From: Schizosaccharomyces osmophilus
Taxonomy: Eukaryota
NCBI RefSeq assembly: GCF_027921745.1
Contig: NC_079240.1
Location: 930,001-994,000 of the forward strand
Length of the DNA: 64,000 bases
Reading direction: 5' to 3'
The notes below the pieces were generated by a model. The model worked only from the letters and a program-made list of their open reading frames with translations. It did not search any database and was not told the DNA's origin. Every line of letters begins with the position of its first letter. The first letter of the stretch is position 1. Of this stretch, positions 21,908-32,473 are shown in pieces. Made by a program: the position numbers and the translations under genes.

Positions 21908-21916
21908 GTAAACAAA
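21908..21916 (+). promoter_or_regulatory. FLEX/forkhead core upstream of the DUF999-like gene
   Basis: GTAAACAAA about 140 bp upstream of the ATG. Confidence 0.5.
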
Positions 21917-22861
21917 GCAACTTCTTCAAAAAAATCAAAATGCTCACACCCTGGATTTAACAGTAAGTATAGCGTTTGATTGTTAGTGCTTGTCTAACAC
22001 CGAAACTCGAATATAATTTTGATTTCTTGGGAACTAAAGAGTTAAGGAAAAATTATTATTTATTTGAGAGAATGCAATGAGTCTGCAAAGTTAGTTCTTT
22101 TTCCTTTTAGCTTCTCTTGGAGTTTTTCTCAGTTCCTTTACAACCTATCGACCAGTCTCCCTTTATATTTCTTCCGGCTGTTTTACTTGGCATATACAAA
22201 CTGAAAAGTTTCGAATCCTAGCTAAATAGATGGCTCAGACTGGGAGTACTTTCTCTTTAAACTTTCTTGAACAGAAAACCAATGGTAAAGCATCCTTTGT
22301 TTGTTGTGAGTAGTTTGTTTCCAGTCCCAGATGTCAACAAACAAACGTCTTGAAAAGGTACAAATAGAGGTCGAACTCTCCCTTTTTCAACCAAGCAAGC
22401 ATATCAATCACATGCATCCAAAAGCAATTCTCTCTCAAAGTCGAGAGCTTTGTTTCTTGTAGATGAATTGCGAAAACAGGACCTCGTTTTAGTCTTTTGT
22501 TGACAAAACTCACAAAATGAGCGCTCCTTGGATGTATCACTGCTTTGCTTCGTTAAAAGATGAATAAGCAGAAGGCGTTCCACTCGGTTGCTTTCCCATT
22601 GCTCCAATACCTTTTTCCTCATATATCTTAAAAAATTGTGATGAACGTTTCGATACTCTTCTTGAATTTCATTCTCTTATTCTTTTTTTCAATTAATAAC
22701 CTTTTCTCGTGAACCTTTATGACACAATTTTTGAGTATGATCCCTTTGATTCCCTCCTTTTCTAACATTTCAGCTTTCTCTTTGATTGATTCCCTTTTTT
22801 GATTTTAACTTCTTTCCCTTGTAAACTGGTTTTATCCCCCGTTCTTTTCCTTAAGACTCTT

Positions 22862-23130
22862 GCTTCTAGCATTTGTTTACATTTCAAAAAGCAAAGCAAC
22901 GCACGAGTAATTGTATCTCGTCTACTATTATTATTTATGTACGTGTTGAACAAGACAACTCAGCAGCGAGCATAAGATTTTAGTATTCGACTATAGATTC
23001 GATTCTGGTGGTTGCTGGCGTTTGTTTACATTCCAAAATGTAATTTGCAGCATTCAAAAGGTCGAGTTCCAACTGCTCCTATTATTCATGTACGTGTTAA
23101 ATTGAACCTTTTTAGCAACGAGCATGAGAT
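22862..23130. repeat. Degenerate tandem duplication, period ~149 bp, each copy with a FLEX core
   Basis: Copy A has tttgtttacatttcaaaa..tattatttatgtacgtgttgaa..agcagcgagcataagat. Copy B has tttgtttacattccaaaa..tattattcatgtacgtgttaaa..agcaacgagcatgagat. Confidence 0.75.
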
Positions 23131-23472
23131 AAGAGTATTTGAGAACAGACTCAACGGATGTTTGCGTTCCTGGCATAATCGTTTCTCTCAATAGTGATGT
23201 TGAATCAGTCGACCTTTCGAAGCATTGACTCTGGCCAAGTCAAGCTTTGGGGTTTATGTTCCAAAACCGAATTGAGTTGAAATTGATAATATAGAACAGG
23301 AGTTGCATCTTGGCATGAAATACAATACGCTGATCTCTTAAACCAAGTTGATCCTTTTCTTAAGCATCCAGCGTTGATGATTTATTCAGTAAGGGGACGT
23401 CACAGATAATTCCAAAGGTTTCCTAGGACGAATCGAGTAACTCTTTGTCACTAGTCCGCTTTTCTGGTTGTG

Positions 23473-23485
23473 TCTGTTTGTTTAC
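23473..23485 (-). promoter_or_regulatory. Extended FLEX (Mei4-type) element
   Basis: GTAAACAAACAGA on the minus strand. Confidence 0.55.
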
Positions 23486-23677
23486 TGGAGGAAATCTCAA
23501 TGCTACGTCCTTTGAGCAAAGACAACTTGTTTCCTAACTCAAACTAAACTAAAATTCCTTTTTCAATAAATTTCCCTTTCTTTCTCTACTAGTTTGATAC
23601 GTACAAAAGTAAATTAATTTTTTAAAATAAACCCAAAATGTTTTATATAGGTTTTATTTCACTTGTAATCATACAAA

Positions 23678-23759
23678 GACACTATGCCTGAGTGGTTAAA
23701 GGGATAGATTAGAAATCTATTGCGGTCTCCGCGCGCAGGTTCAAATCCTGCTGGTGTCG
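23678..23759 (+). tRNA. tRNA-Ser(AGA)
   Basis: 82-nt cloverleaf with long variable arm; anticodon arm ATAGA-TTAGAAA-TCTAT; GGTTCAAATCC; T8 terminator. Confidence 0.96.
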
Positions 23760-24389
23760 ATTTTTTTTACTCTTGGTTGCTAACAGCTCTCATAGTTCAT
23801 ATAATATAAAAAAAAAATAGTTCATTGGTATTTTTGGATTCTAATCTCTTGGGAGTCGATTAATGCATTTCTCACGAAATATATCTGATTTTAGTAACTT
23901 CGTACCATTGTGATATTTTGTTAGTTTGAATCTAGCTTATCCGTTAAAAAATAAATTTTGTTTTTGTTATAAAAAACTAAAACACCTAAAGTATGAGACG
24001 AAATTTGCTTACATTTTTGTTGTGTTTTCTTTGTTTACCCTCAAGAATATTTTATTACTAAAGGAACCTCTATACTATAATATAACAAAGAATGTTATGA
24101 TTTCTTTGAACCACAAACCTGAATATTGAACTTGTCTTCTTAGGTGAAAAAGAAGGTAAGGAAAATAAATAATATTACGAAGAAAGCTATTACCTTGAAT
24201 ATTTATTGGTAAAATTTGCCCTTCTTGGTATACTCAAGATTTCTGCGATATTCGCCAAAAAATCTTACATTGTTTGTCCACCTGGTCAAATAGCTTAACG
24301 GTTTAGGTGAATAATCCGGTACAAAGTCTACGGTTCAACATTTTTCCCGTCTTTGGATACGGGTCAATGCTTTCGACGTATTGAAAAAA

Positions 24390-27380
24390 ATGCCCGAATG
24401 GCACTCTTCGGAGGATAAAATTTTGAATGAAGCAGTTTCTGGGAATGACACAAAGATTGCCCAACAAGCAATTAGATCATCAGGCAACCGTTTGGAAGAA
24501 ACACAAACTTTCGCTGTGTTTCAAGAAGAGCTCGAAGTTATCGATGAACTAGACGATCCTGTGGATGTTTGGCATCGCTGCGTGGAATGGCTAGATTCGA
24601 CGCAATATTTAAAAGAAAACATATTACCGAAAGTTTTGGATGATGCTCTTGCTTACTTGGAGAAATGTAAGTTTGCTCAAAACGATGTTCGACATTTACG
24701 TATTTGGCTTGTCAAAATACATCGATTATGCGCTTCTCCCGAGACGTTCCCTAATGCTGCTCATGAGTTTTATCATTTAGCAAGCAAGCGTATTGGGATA
24801 GAGTTATCTTTGTTTTACGAGGAATATACTTCATTATTAATTCGCATGCAGCGATGGAAAGAAGCTTCAGAAGTATTACAGACTGGCATATCGCGAGAGG
24901 CTCGTCCTTTAACTCGACTTCTCCGACATGCCTCAGAGTTTTCAAATGTGTATAATGCTTACTTAAAAAAGCTTTCAGATGAAAATATACCGTTGGAATC
25001 AGTTGCTTATGAAACTCCATTTCCTCCACCCAGGACCATACTCGGAACCAAAGCTAGTACGGTTGCAACTTCTACTTCTGAGCAGCCATCTGCGCGAGAG
25101 CAAAATGTTCCTCAAGCCACTAAGCCTTTTCAAATCTACTCTGACGCTCCTGCTCCTCACCCTGAACATTCTGTCGCCGCGGCATCGGCGGCTCCATCTT
25201 CCAATGTTGTTGGTGAACAGGAACCTGATCTTCCTATGTTTTATGATGCTACTTCTGGAAAACGGATTGAGTATGCTTCTTTTCGCTTTCCTGTTTTATA
25301 TGCGAATGGACAAGAAAAATCAATGGAAGAGTACAGAGCTGAACGATATTTTGATTCAGTTTCCTCATCATTGCAAGCTCCTGATTCTCAGTCTTTTGCT
25401 GTTCCTGTGGGTCCTTCTCTATCCACTCTTCATCAACAAGCTCCACAAACGACCCCTAAAAAGGAAGTGTTTGATGTTTTAACACCCGTCGCGCTTTCAC
25501 CAAAACCCGCTTTTAAACCTCCTTCTCCCACCATTCATACAAAAGCTGCTTTGGCAGATATAATGGATCTTTTTAACCAACCACTCCGGTCTGAAACTCA
25601 ACAGACGCCTCCAAAATCCCCTATTCCAAATCAATACTCTGATTTTGGTACCCCAGCTAACGTAACAAAAACTATATCATTTAACGAGCTTTCTTCTGTA
25701 AAAGAAGATGCGGATAGGAATGCGAAGCCTTCATCGCTAACTGGTCATTTCGCTGAGAGTTCTTACGAGACTAAAGAACACAAAAGTCAGTTACCCCATT
25801 CGCATTTGCCAGATTTCCAATCGTTTCCAGGATTACCTGGTGATACCTTTGTTAATGAATCGTCAATTCCAGCGATTTCTAACGACGCAAAGCGGAGGCG
25901 AACATTTTCAGGATCTCCTCCTTCAGTCCCTTATAAAAGCCATTACGAATCTATCCCTCACTTTGAGGAACGACCCGTGGAACCAACAAACGGATTTACG
26001 GTTAACCCAGTTTCTCTGCCCTTCAATGAAAACAACGACCTTCACACAGTGAATCCCTTCCTACAAACTGAAGCTCTCGCAAGATTTAACGAGCACGATT
26101 TACTTAGCATAAATGAACCCATGAAGCACCCTGTTCTGCCTTCTTTACCTACTACCATTCATCCCCTCGACCAATCTCTGCGCGACTGTTTATTTCAAGC
26201 ACTACGTCCCTATTTAAAATTTGATGAAAACTATCATGAGATCGATAGTAATTTTACTAGTCTAGAAGCTATCGAATCTTTTGTTCATAAACCAAAAGCT
26301 ACGACTAGTGGACGTGGTAGAAGACGAAGCAATAGCACTCGTCTTAGTTTATTAAGCAGCCCCAGTTTTCCTTTGCTTTATCCTCCGAATGTAAAAATTG
26401 GAATCATAAGTAAACTTGGACAAGGGGCTTTTGCTCCGGTTTATCTTGCTAAAGAACTTCCCTTAGAAAGCGAGATTTCTGAAAAAAAAGAGAACGGGAC
26501 CATCGATTCAAAATTATACGCATTAAAGATAGAGAGTCCATCTTCTCCTATTGAGTATTATTTGACACAGGAAGCTCGAAGGCGGATGAGCGGTGACAGA
26601 GATATTGATTCCATACTTCCCGTTTACTATTTAAGTATGTATCAGAATTCAAGCCATTTGTTAATGGAATATCGACCACAAGGATCGGTTTTGGACCTGG
26701 TGAACTCATTACGAAACTCTTCCAGTTCTGTTCCAGGAATTGATGAGATGTTAGTATTTTTTTTCTCGATAGAATTCTTGAGAATCATTGAAGGGTTGCA
26801 TTCACAGCAAATAATTCATGGGGATTTGAAGGCTGACAATGCATTGCTGCGCTTGGAAACTGTGAATGATTTGGAATGGGATCCTAGCTATTCTCCTGAA
26901 GGGTATTGCGGTTGGTCTTCAAAAGGAATTTTTCTTATAGATTTTGGTAGAGGCCTCGATATGTCATTGTTTAAACCAAAAACAAAATTTATGGCAAATT
27001 GGGAAACCGACTTGCAAGATTGTATAGAAATGCGTGAGGGCGAGCCATGGACGTATCAAGTTGATTATCACGGACTAGCCGCTATCATTCACACAATGCT
27101 TTTTGGACAATATATAGAGACAAGACTTGACTATTCTACTGGTCAGAGAAGGCAAGTATTGACTCAGCGGATGAAACGGTATTGGAACCAAGAAATTTGG
27201 AATCAGCTATTTGACGTTTTACTGAACCCTACGTTGCAAACGACAGAAGGTAATCTTCCCATTCCGGATCAATTAAAGGGTATACGGTTAGAAATGGAGA
27301 AATGGCTTGTTTATCATTCCACAAGTGGAATCGGACTGAAAGGCATGCTAAAAAAAATTGAACAAAAGCTTGCTAGCTGA
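24390..27380 (+). CDS. bub1: Spindle checkpoint kinase Bub1
   Basis: N-terminal TPR (ELDDPVDVW), GLEBS-like SMEEYRA, CD1 SPTIHTKAALADIMDLF, kinase IIHGDLKADN and IDFGRG. Confidence 0.96.
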   Translation: MPEWHSSEDKILNEAVSGNDTKIAQQAIRSSGNRLEETQTFAVFQEELEVIDELDDPVDVWHRCVEWLDSTQYLKENILPKVLDDALAYLEKCKFAQNDVRHLRIWLVKIHRLCASPETFPNAAHEFYHLASKRIGIELSLFYEEYTSLLIRMQRWKEASEVLQTGISREARPLTRLLRHASEFSNVYNAYLKKLSDENIPLESVAYETPFPPPRTILGTKASTVATSTSEQPSAREQNVPQATKPFQIYSDAPAPHPEHSVAAASAAPSSNVVGEQEPDLPMFYDATSGKRIEYASFRFPVLYANGQEKSMEEYRAERYFDSVSSSLQAPDSQSFAVPVGPSLSTLHQQAPQTTPKKEVFDVLTPVALSPKPAFKPPSPTIHTKAALADIMDLFNQPLRSETQQTPPKSPIPNQYSDFGTPANVTKTISFNELSSVKEDADRNAKPSSLTGHFAESSYETKEHKSQLPHSHLPDFQSFPGLPGDTFVNESSIPAISNDAKRRRTFSGSPPSVPYKSHYESIPHFEERPVEPTNGFTVNPVSLPFNENNDLHTVNPFLQTEALARFNEHDLLSINEPMKHPVLPSLPTTIHPLDQSLRDCLFQALRPYLKFDENYHEIDSNFTSLEAIESFVHKPKATTSGRGRRRSNSTRLSLLSSPSFPLLYPPNVKIGIISKLGQGAFAPVYLAKELPLESEISEKKENGTIDSKLYALKIESPSSPIEYYLTQEARRRMSGDRDIDSILPVYYLSMYQNSSHLLMEYRPQGSVLDLVNSLRNSSSSVPGIDEMLVFFFSIEFLRIIEGLHSQQIIHGDLKADNALLRLETVNDLEWDPSYSPEGYCGWSSKGIFLIDFGRGLDMSLFKPKTKFMANWETDLQDCIEMREGEPWTYQVDYHGLAAIIHTMLFGQYIETRLDYSTGQRRQVLTQRMKRYWNQEIWNQLFDVLLNPTLQTTEGNLPIPDQLKGIRLEMEKWLVYHSTSGIGLKGMLKKIEQKLAS

Positions 27381-27637
27381 AAAAAAAGGGTTCGAATATC
27401 CTTGTATTTGTAGTAGTTGTGTATAGGAATAATTATTATTTTATTTTTCTTTTACAGCCCAAAAACTCGTTTTATCAAACATTCATGCAACTGTATGTAC
27501 AAGTGGGAGTGGTGTATTTGCGCTTACAATATATGGCATAGCTACAACATACTTACAAAAGGGTTTTTATAACACTAACCAACGAGAAAGACAGAATTTT
27601 TTTTAATAAAATATGCTCGGTATTTTTATTAACTTGT

Positions 27638-28197
27638 TTAAACGACAGTACCGGCGTTAGAAGCAATACGAGGCCAGAGGTCGGCACACTCCTTAGCGAC
27701 GGGACCAGTGATGGCAGAGCCCTTCATTTCACCCTTGGGGTTGACGATGACACCAGCATTATCTTCGAAGTAAAGGAAGACACCGTCCTTACGGCGCCAG
27801 GCCTTACGTTGACGAACAACAATGGCAGGCATGATCTTCTTACGCAAGTCAGGCTTACCCTTCTTGACGGTAGCAAGGATCATATCTAAAAAAAGTTAGT
27901 TGTCAATGCCCACATTGATAAACGACAAGAGTCATTCCGAGGACTGAATTTTCGCTCGTGGAGAATTTTTCCAGGAACGAACCCTGCCCAAAGAGTGATT
28001 TCCCTCGTGTCATGAATATACATACCACCACAGCTTGCAGCAGGGAGACGATTAAGACGAGCACCAGTACCGAAAACGGAAACAATGTAAAGGTTCTTGG
28101 CACCAGAGTTGTCTGCACAGTTCAAGATGGCTTGAACGGGAAGACCCAAGGTCATTCTATACTTAGTACCGGAAGCTGCACCGCGTCCACGAGACAT
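27638..28197 (-). CDS. rpl2302: 60S ribosomal protein L23 (uL14); exons 28026-28197, 27638-27885
   Basis: [23 protein letters not shown]...[19 protein letters not shown]; paralog number assigned by synteny. Confidence 0.95.
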
Positions 28198-28284
28198 TTT
28201 GTGTAATGTTAACTGCTGGTGTTTGGTGTTGGGAAGAGCAAAAAAATACGAGTGTTTGCAGTTTGACACCGTTTCCAAAAAGAG

Positions 28285-28292
28285 TGTGACTG
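28285..28292 (-). promoter_or_regulatory. Homol D box of a ribosomal protein gene promoter
   Basis: Exact CAGTCACA about 90 bp upstream of the rpl23 ATG. Confidence 0.85.
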
Positions 28293-28682
28293 CTTTTTTG
28301 GGTGACCAAGCGAGAGTGAAAAACTTTTACAAACCCAACCGAATTGGGTTTCTATTGTCTTTTTCTGTCTAGTTTTCTTTGTTTTTCTTTTCGTAAATGT
28401 CAAAAAATCTGAAAAGTGTGTTTCCTGCTCTCTTACACGCTGTTCTTGGGGAACGTATTCTTTTGTAGTCATATACCACCATTTCACTCTGTCGTTTTAA
28501 CAACTTAGTTTTGTACTCTTTTGTCGCAATAAAGCGTCGTATAATGTTTTGGTAGCCATGTAATTGTTTCGCGTAGAAATGTTTTCACTCGTTATACGTT
28601 TTCGAAGGCACATACCATTCAAGCAAAGGCAACACACCTGGTTGGCTATCTATATCATTAGCACGATATGTGTACCAAATCG

Positions 28683-28765
28683 TCCCGGGTAGCTCAATCG
28701 GTTTAGAGCGTCTGACTCTTAATAAGGTTATCAGAAGGTTGCGAGTTCGAGTCTCGCCTTGGGAG
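28683..28765 (+). tRNA. tRNA-Lys(CUU) with 8-nt intron (28722-28729)
   Basis: TCCCGGG acceptor stem, TCTGA-CTCTTA[ATAAGGTT]A-TCAGA anticodon arm, AGTTCGAGTC T-arm. Confidence 0.95.
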
Positions 28766-29312
28766 TTCTTTTTCTTTCATACTCCTTTCTCCTCCTAACA
28801 GGAGGAGAACGGCATACATCGAAAACTACGTTCCTTTCCTGGTTTTTTCTTCCTACAAAGCATTCACTACTACTACTTACTCGTTCATAATATATAAAAA
28901 AGTATATGAAAAAAATGCAATAGAGTATTATAATTTAATCAACCATATACGCTCGTAGCTTAAAACAGGTACAACTATATATGCGATACTAATTACTTCA
29001 AACACAATGAAGAAACCTTCAGTAAGGTATGATGATTATGACAAACCAAAGAATTCAAAAAATGCAAATAGGTTGAAATAGAATTTCAAACGATGAGATA
29101 AAACAAATGACTGATCAATACCAATAAATTCGATGCACCATGCAAAGGATCAAAAAACATAGTAGATATGAAATGAAATGCGACAATAAGTAAAGAGAAG
29201 ATTTGCACAGAACAGCAAAGTTGTCTTTTAATCAAGCTATCCTTCTTTTCTCCTTCAAAAAAAAAGGATAAAGATACGACGATTAAAGACACACCACTCG
29301 AACAGGCTTCAT

Positions 29313-30071
29313 TTAAGCCATAACCATAAGAGCAGCGACTGCAATGCAACCGACGACAGCAACCTTGGTCATACCTTCGGTAGCAGCACCGGAGCTGCTG
29401 CTCGAGCCGTGGCTACTACTAGAGCCATCCTTAGAGTTGGAAGCACTACTGGATTGACCAGACTTAGTAGAGAATCCACTGCTGCTGCTACCGCTGGCAG
29501 TCTTGGCGCCATCGGAGGTAAGGGAGCCAGAAGATGAAACAGAAGAGGAAGGAGCAGAAGAGCTAGAGCCACTGCTGCTGCTGCTGCTGGGAGCAGAGGA
29601 AGAAGAGCCAGAAGAGCTAGCAGAGGAAGAAGAAGCAGGGGTGGAGCTAGCAGAAGAGGAGGTGCTAGAAACGATACCACCGCTGATGCCACCAGAACTG
29701 AGACTCGTGCCACTGCCTTCGATGGTGAAGGTGTGAGATTGGGCCAAAGAACCAGTGTTCATTTCATCGGCACTATCGAGGTAGATTTGCCATCCAGAGT
29801 GAGGGAGATCACTGGATAGTTGAATGTTGGTGGTCAAATGGCCTTCAGATGTATCGACAGTACCGAGATCGTATCTTCTGTTGGGGTAGTTATTCATGTT
29901 CATCAAGATCACCTTGGTCTTATGAGGGTCAGTGCTAACAGCATCCCAAGAGACGGTATTGGTTTGACCAGGCTTCCAAACGGTATCCTTGTTAGGAGAG
30001 TTTAATTGAATAGCCTGAGCGACGAACGCGCTAGCAAGGCAAAGTAAAAATCCGGCACTTTTGAAAAGCAT
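29313..30071 (-). CDS. pwp1: Ser-rich GPI-anchored cell-surface protein with Kre9/Knh1-like N-terminal domain
   Basis: Signal peptide, W..G....V.W domain ending LAQSHTFTI, Ser/Gly-rich stalk, hydrophobic GPI tail; syntenic with SPCC1322.10. Confidence 0.8.
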   Translation of the reverse strand: MLFKSAGFLLCLASAFVAQAIQLNSPNKDTVWKPGQTNTVSWDAVSTDPHKTKVILMNMNNYPNRRYDLGTVDTSEGHLTTNIQLSSDLPHSGWQIYLDSADEMNTGSLAQSHTFTIEGSGTSLSSGGISGGIVSSTSSSASSTPASSSSASSSGSSSSAPSSSSSSGSSSSAPSSSVSSSGSLTSDGAKTASGSSSSGFSTKSGQSSSASNSKDGSSSSHGSSSSSGAATEGMTKVAVVGCIAVAALMVMA

Positions 30072-31045
30072 TGTGCTAAAGAGAGTCGAAGAAACAAAAG
30101 AATGAAAAACTTGGTAAAAGGAAGCACACCGAGTACACTAAATCTAAAGTTCAGAATGTTTTGTAACGGGGCGTCTACCCGTCAATATATATATCTATTT
30201 TTGATGACAAAGGAAACGTCACGTTTGTTCTGGTGAGGCACAGGAAGTAACAGGTGCCTTGAGCGTGCGACTTAAACCGTTCCCCCCCCTCCAATCACCC
30301 AGCCTTTTAAGGTTCCAGAGAAATGTAAATAGCAACAGGAATGTAAATAAACAACAATAGGAAATTCGAATATTTTCCTGTATAAAAAAGCAAATGGTTC
30401 AATGATTTTTTTTTGTACTGATTTTGTAGTGTTATCCATTCTGCCGTAACGCTTGCTGACTCTCTTATTGTTTACAGTTGCGAATTCTATGGCAACTACC
30501 ATGTTAGATCACATGGCTGGACAATTGAATGATACAAAATTCATGTACTCCTAACATCAGCAAGGAAACCATATTTGCAGTATTCATATCGTTAGTGGTA
30601 TGGATTCAATTTCGGGGTTCGGTGGGAAATTAGCTTAAAGCCGGAAAGGTGTAGGATCCTTTCTGTTTCATCAGCGAGTCCAAGTTTTAGTCTTGGTCAT
30701 GGTTTCATAGTTTCACAGTTCAGTAGCATTTTGGTTTTCATGTTTCGTTTTTCGTAATCTAGTTATAAAATAAAAAGTTGTTGGTCATAAAAAAGAATTC
30801 ATTCACTTTGGTTTGATGACTTGCGAAATTCACCTTGTTGTTTACCATATAATCATACTGTTTCTATGGAGGCGAATGAAAGAGAAATAGAGACAGATTG
30901 AGTGAGTGCAAGTTCCTCAAAAGTACTCTGCACATTGGGTAAAAAAAAACAAAAAGAAAAATAGAAATAGAAAAAGAGGAATCGTTAAAAGTATCTTCAT
31001 TCCAACATTTGGAGACATCGGTTTTGCAGGCATTCACAAACATGC

Positions 31046-32473
31046 TTACGTATACACCAAACCATCAAAATAAGCAGATTGTTGCTCTTTTTCTTCTACT
31101 TCGTTTCTCTGTTCCAAGGTAGCAAAGAGCGCTGGATCCCCCAAAGCCATGCGTTTCGAGGTATACATTTGAGCAAGAATCCCTGCAGCAACTGATATAC
31201 AGTTTTCGGTCCATTGATTAGCCCATTCATTTGGAAGTATGGCCGTCGGACCAAACAGCTCGATATACCGATTATCCACAGCCCATTGATGCCATTCTAA
31301 AGGAATTGGCTGAGATGTAGTAAAAAACTCCAGGTCATGGCTGACATCCTTCAAGCATAACAAAAAGCAAAGCTGCTCCGTCTCTGATATTTCTTTCGAT
31401 TTTACTGTAAATGCTTGAATGGACAACAACAAATGTGTAACTCGAATAGAAGATCCTTCCTTTTTCTCGCTGTTTTCCTCTTCGGACTTTGCAGAATTCG
31501 ATTCTTCAACATACTTTTTTGCATGTCGGATTGGTTGCACCAAATTTTCCTTGGCCAGCTTTTTCGCTTCCAATAATCCATTGCATAAGGCAAAGTTTTC
31601 ATACAAATCACCAGTCCTGCTTCGCACCTTGGCCTCTTTGTCCAACAAAACCGTCAAATCACCACCCTCCACTTGAGACATAACCTAGAAACCCGTTAGT
31701 ATCATCTTCCATCTAATAAAAGCTTTTTGCTTACATTATCAAAACTATCGTAAACAATTCGATCCACGTGAGAAAAGCCAGCTAAGTCGTGAAACACCAT
31801 AACCTGCAAGACTTCATGATCCTGAATAGGAGGAGCAACCACATTCATTACATTCTGAAAGGTGTTACTCAATGTCGGTAAGGCCTTGCTTCGAATACCA
31901 TTTCCAATATCTCCTAAACCAGACTTGTTAGTACAATTTTAAATTACCCTTTTCTGGAGGTCTCGTACCAAGCTTATTTAAGTCCATCATTTTTCGGACC
32001 TGGCTGTCCCAATGAGCTGTTTCTTCATGATTCTTAATAGAACGAACATGCTGTTCTGCAGAACGAACGGCTGCTGAAGCACTTGACCATAAACCGCCAA
32101 ACCAGTTATTCTTGTTCTCCTCTTTGGGCGTCTCGTTACCCTCTCGTCCATACTGGGTATCAAACCGTTTGGAAGTGCGGTCATCAGAAGGCTCGTTTTG
32201 CGACTTCTCCTTCGATTCAGCTGGGGCTTTGGAAGTTTCCTGCGTAGCACCTTCAGAAAGTTGTCTGTAAGCTGCTTCGCGCTTTTCATTCTCTAATTCA
32301 TCCAAGAAATCTAAAATCTCCTTTTCATTTTCAGGAGCGTTCACTTGTTCATTCTTTTCAGTGGGTTCTTTCTCTTCGGGTTTTGAGTCTGTCTCTGTAT
32401 TTTCCACTCCCAGATGATCCAAGGAAGCCATTAAAGATTCCACATCATCTGGTACTTCATTTTCTTTCGACAT
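31046..32473 (-). CDS. mtc1: Mtc1-family protein; exons 31969-32473, 31735-31913, 31046-31684
   Basis: WFGGLWSSASAAV, spliced VVAPPIQDHEVLQV..HDLAG and VMSQVEGGDL; canonical introns. Confidence 0.82.
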
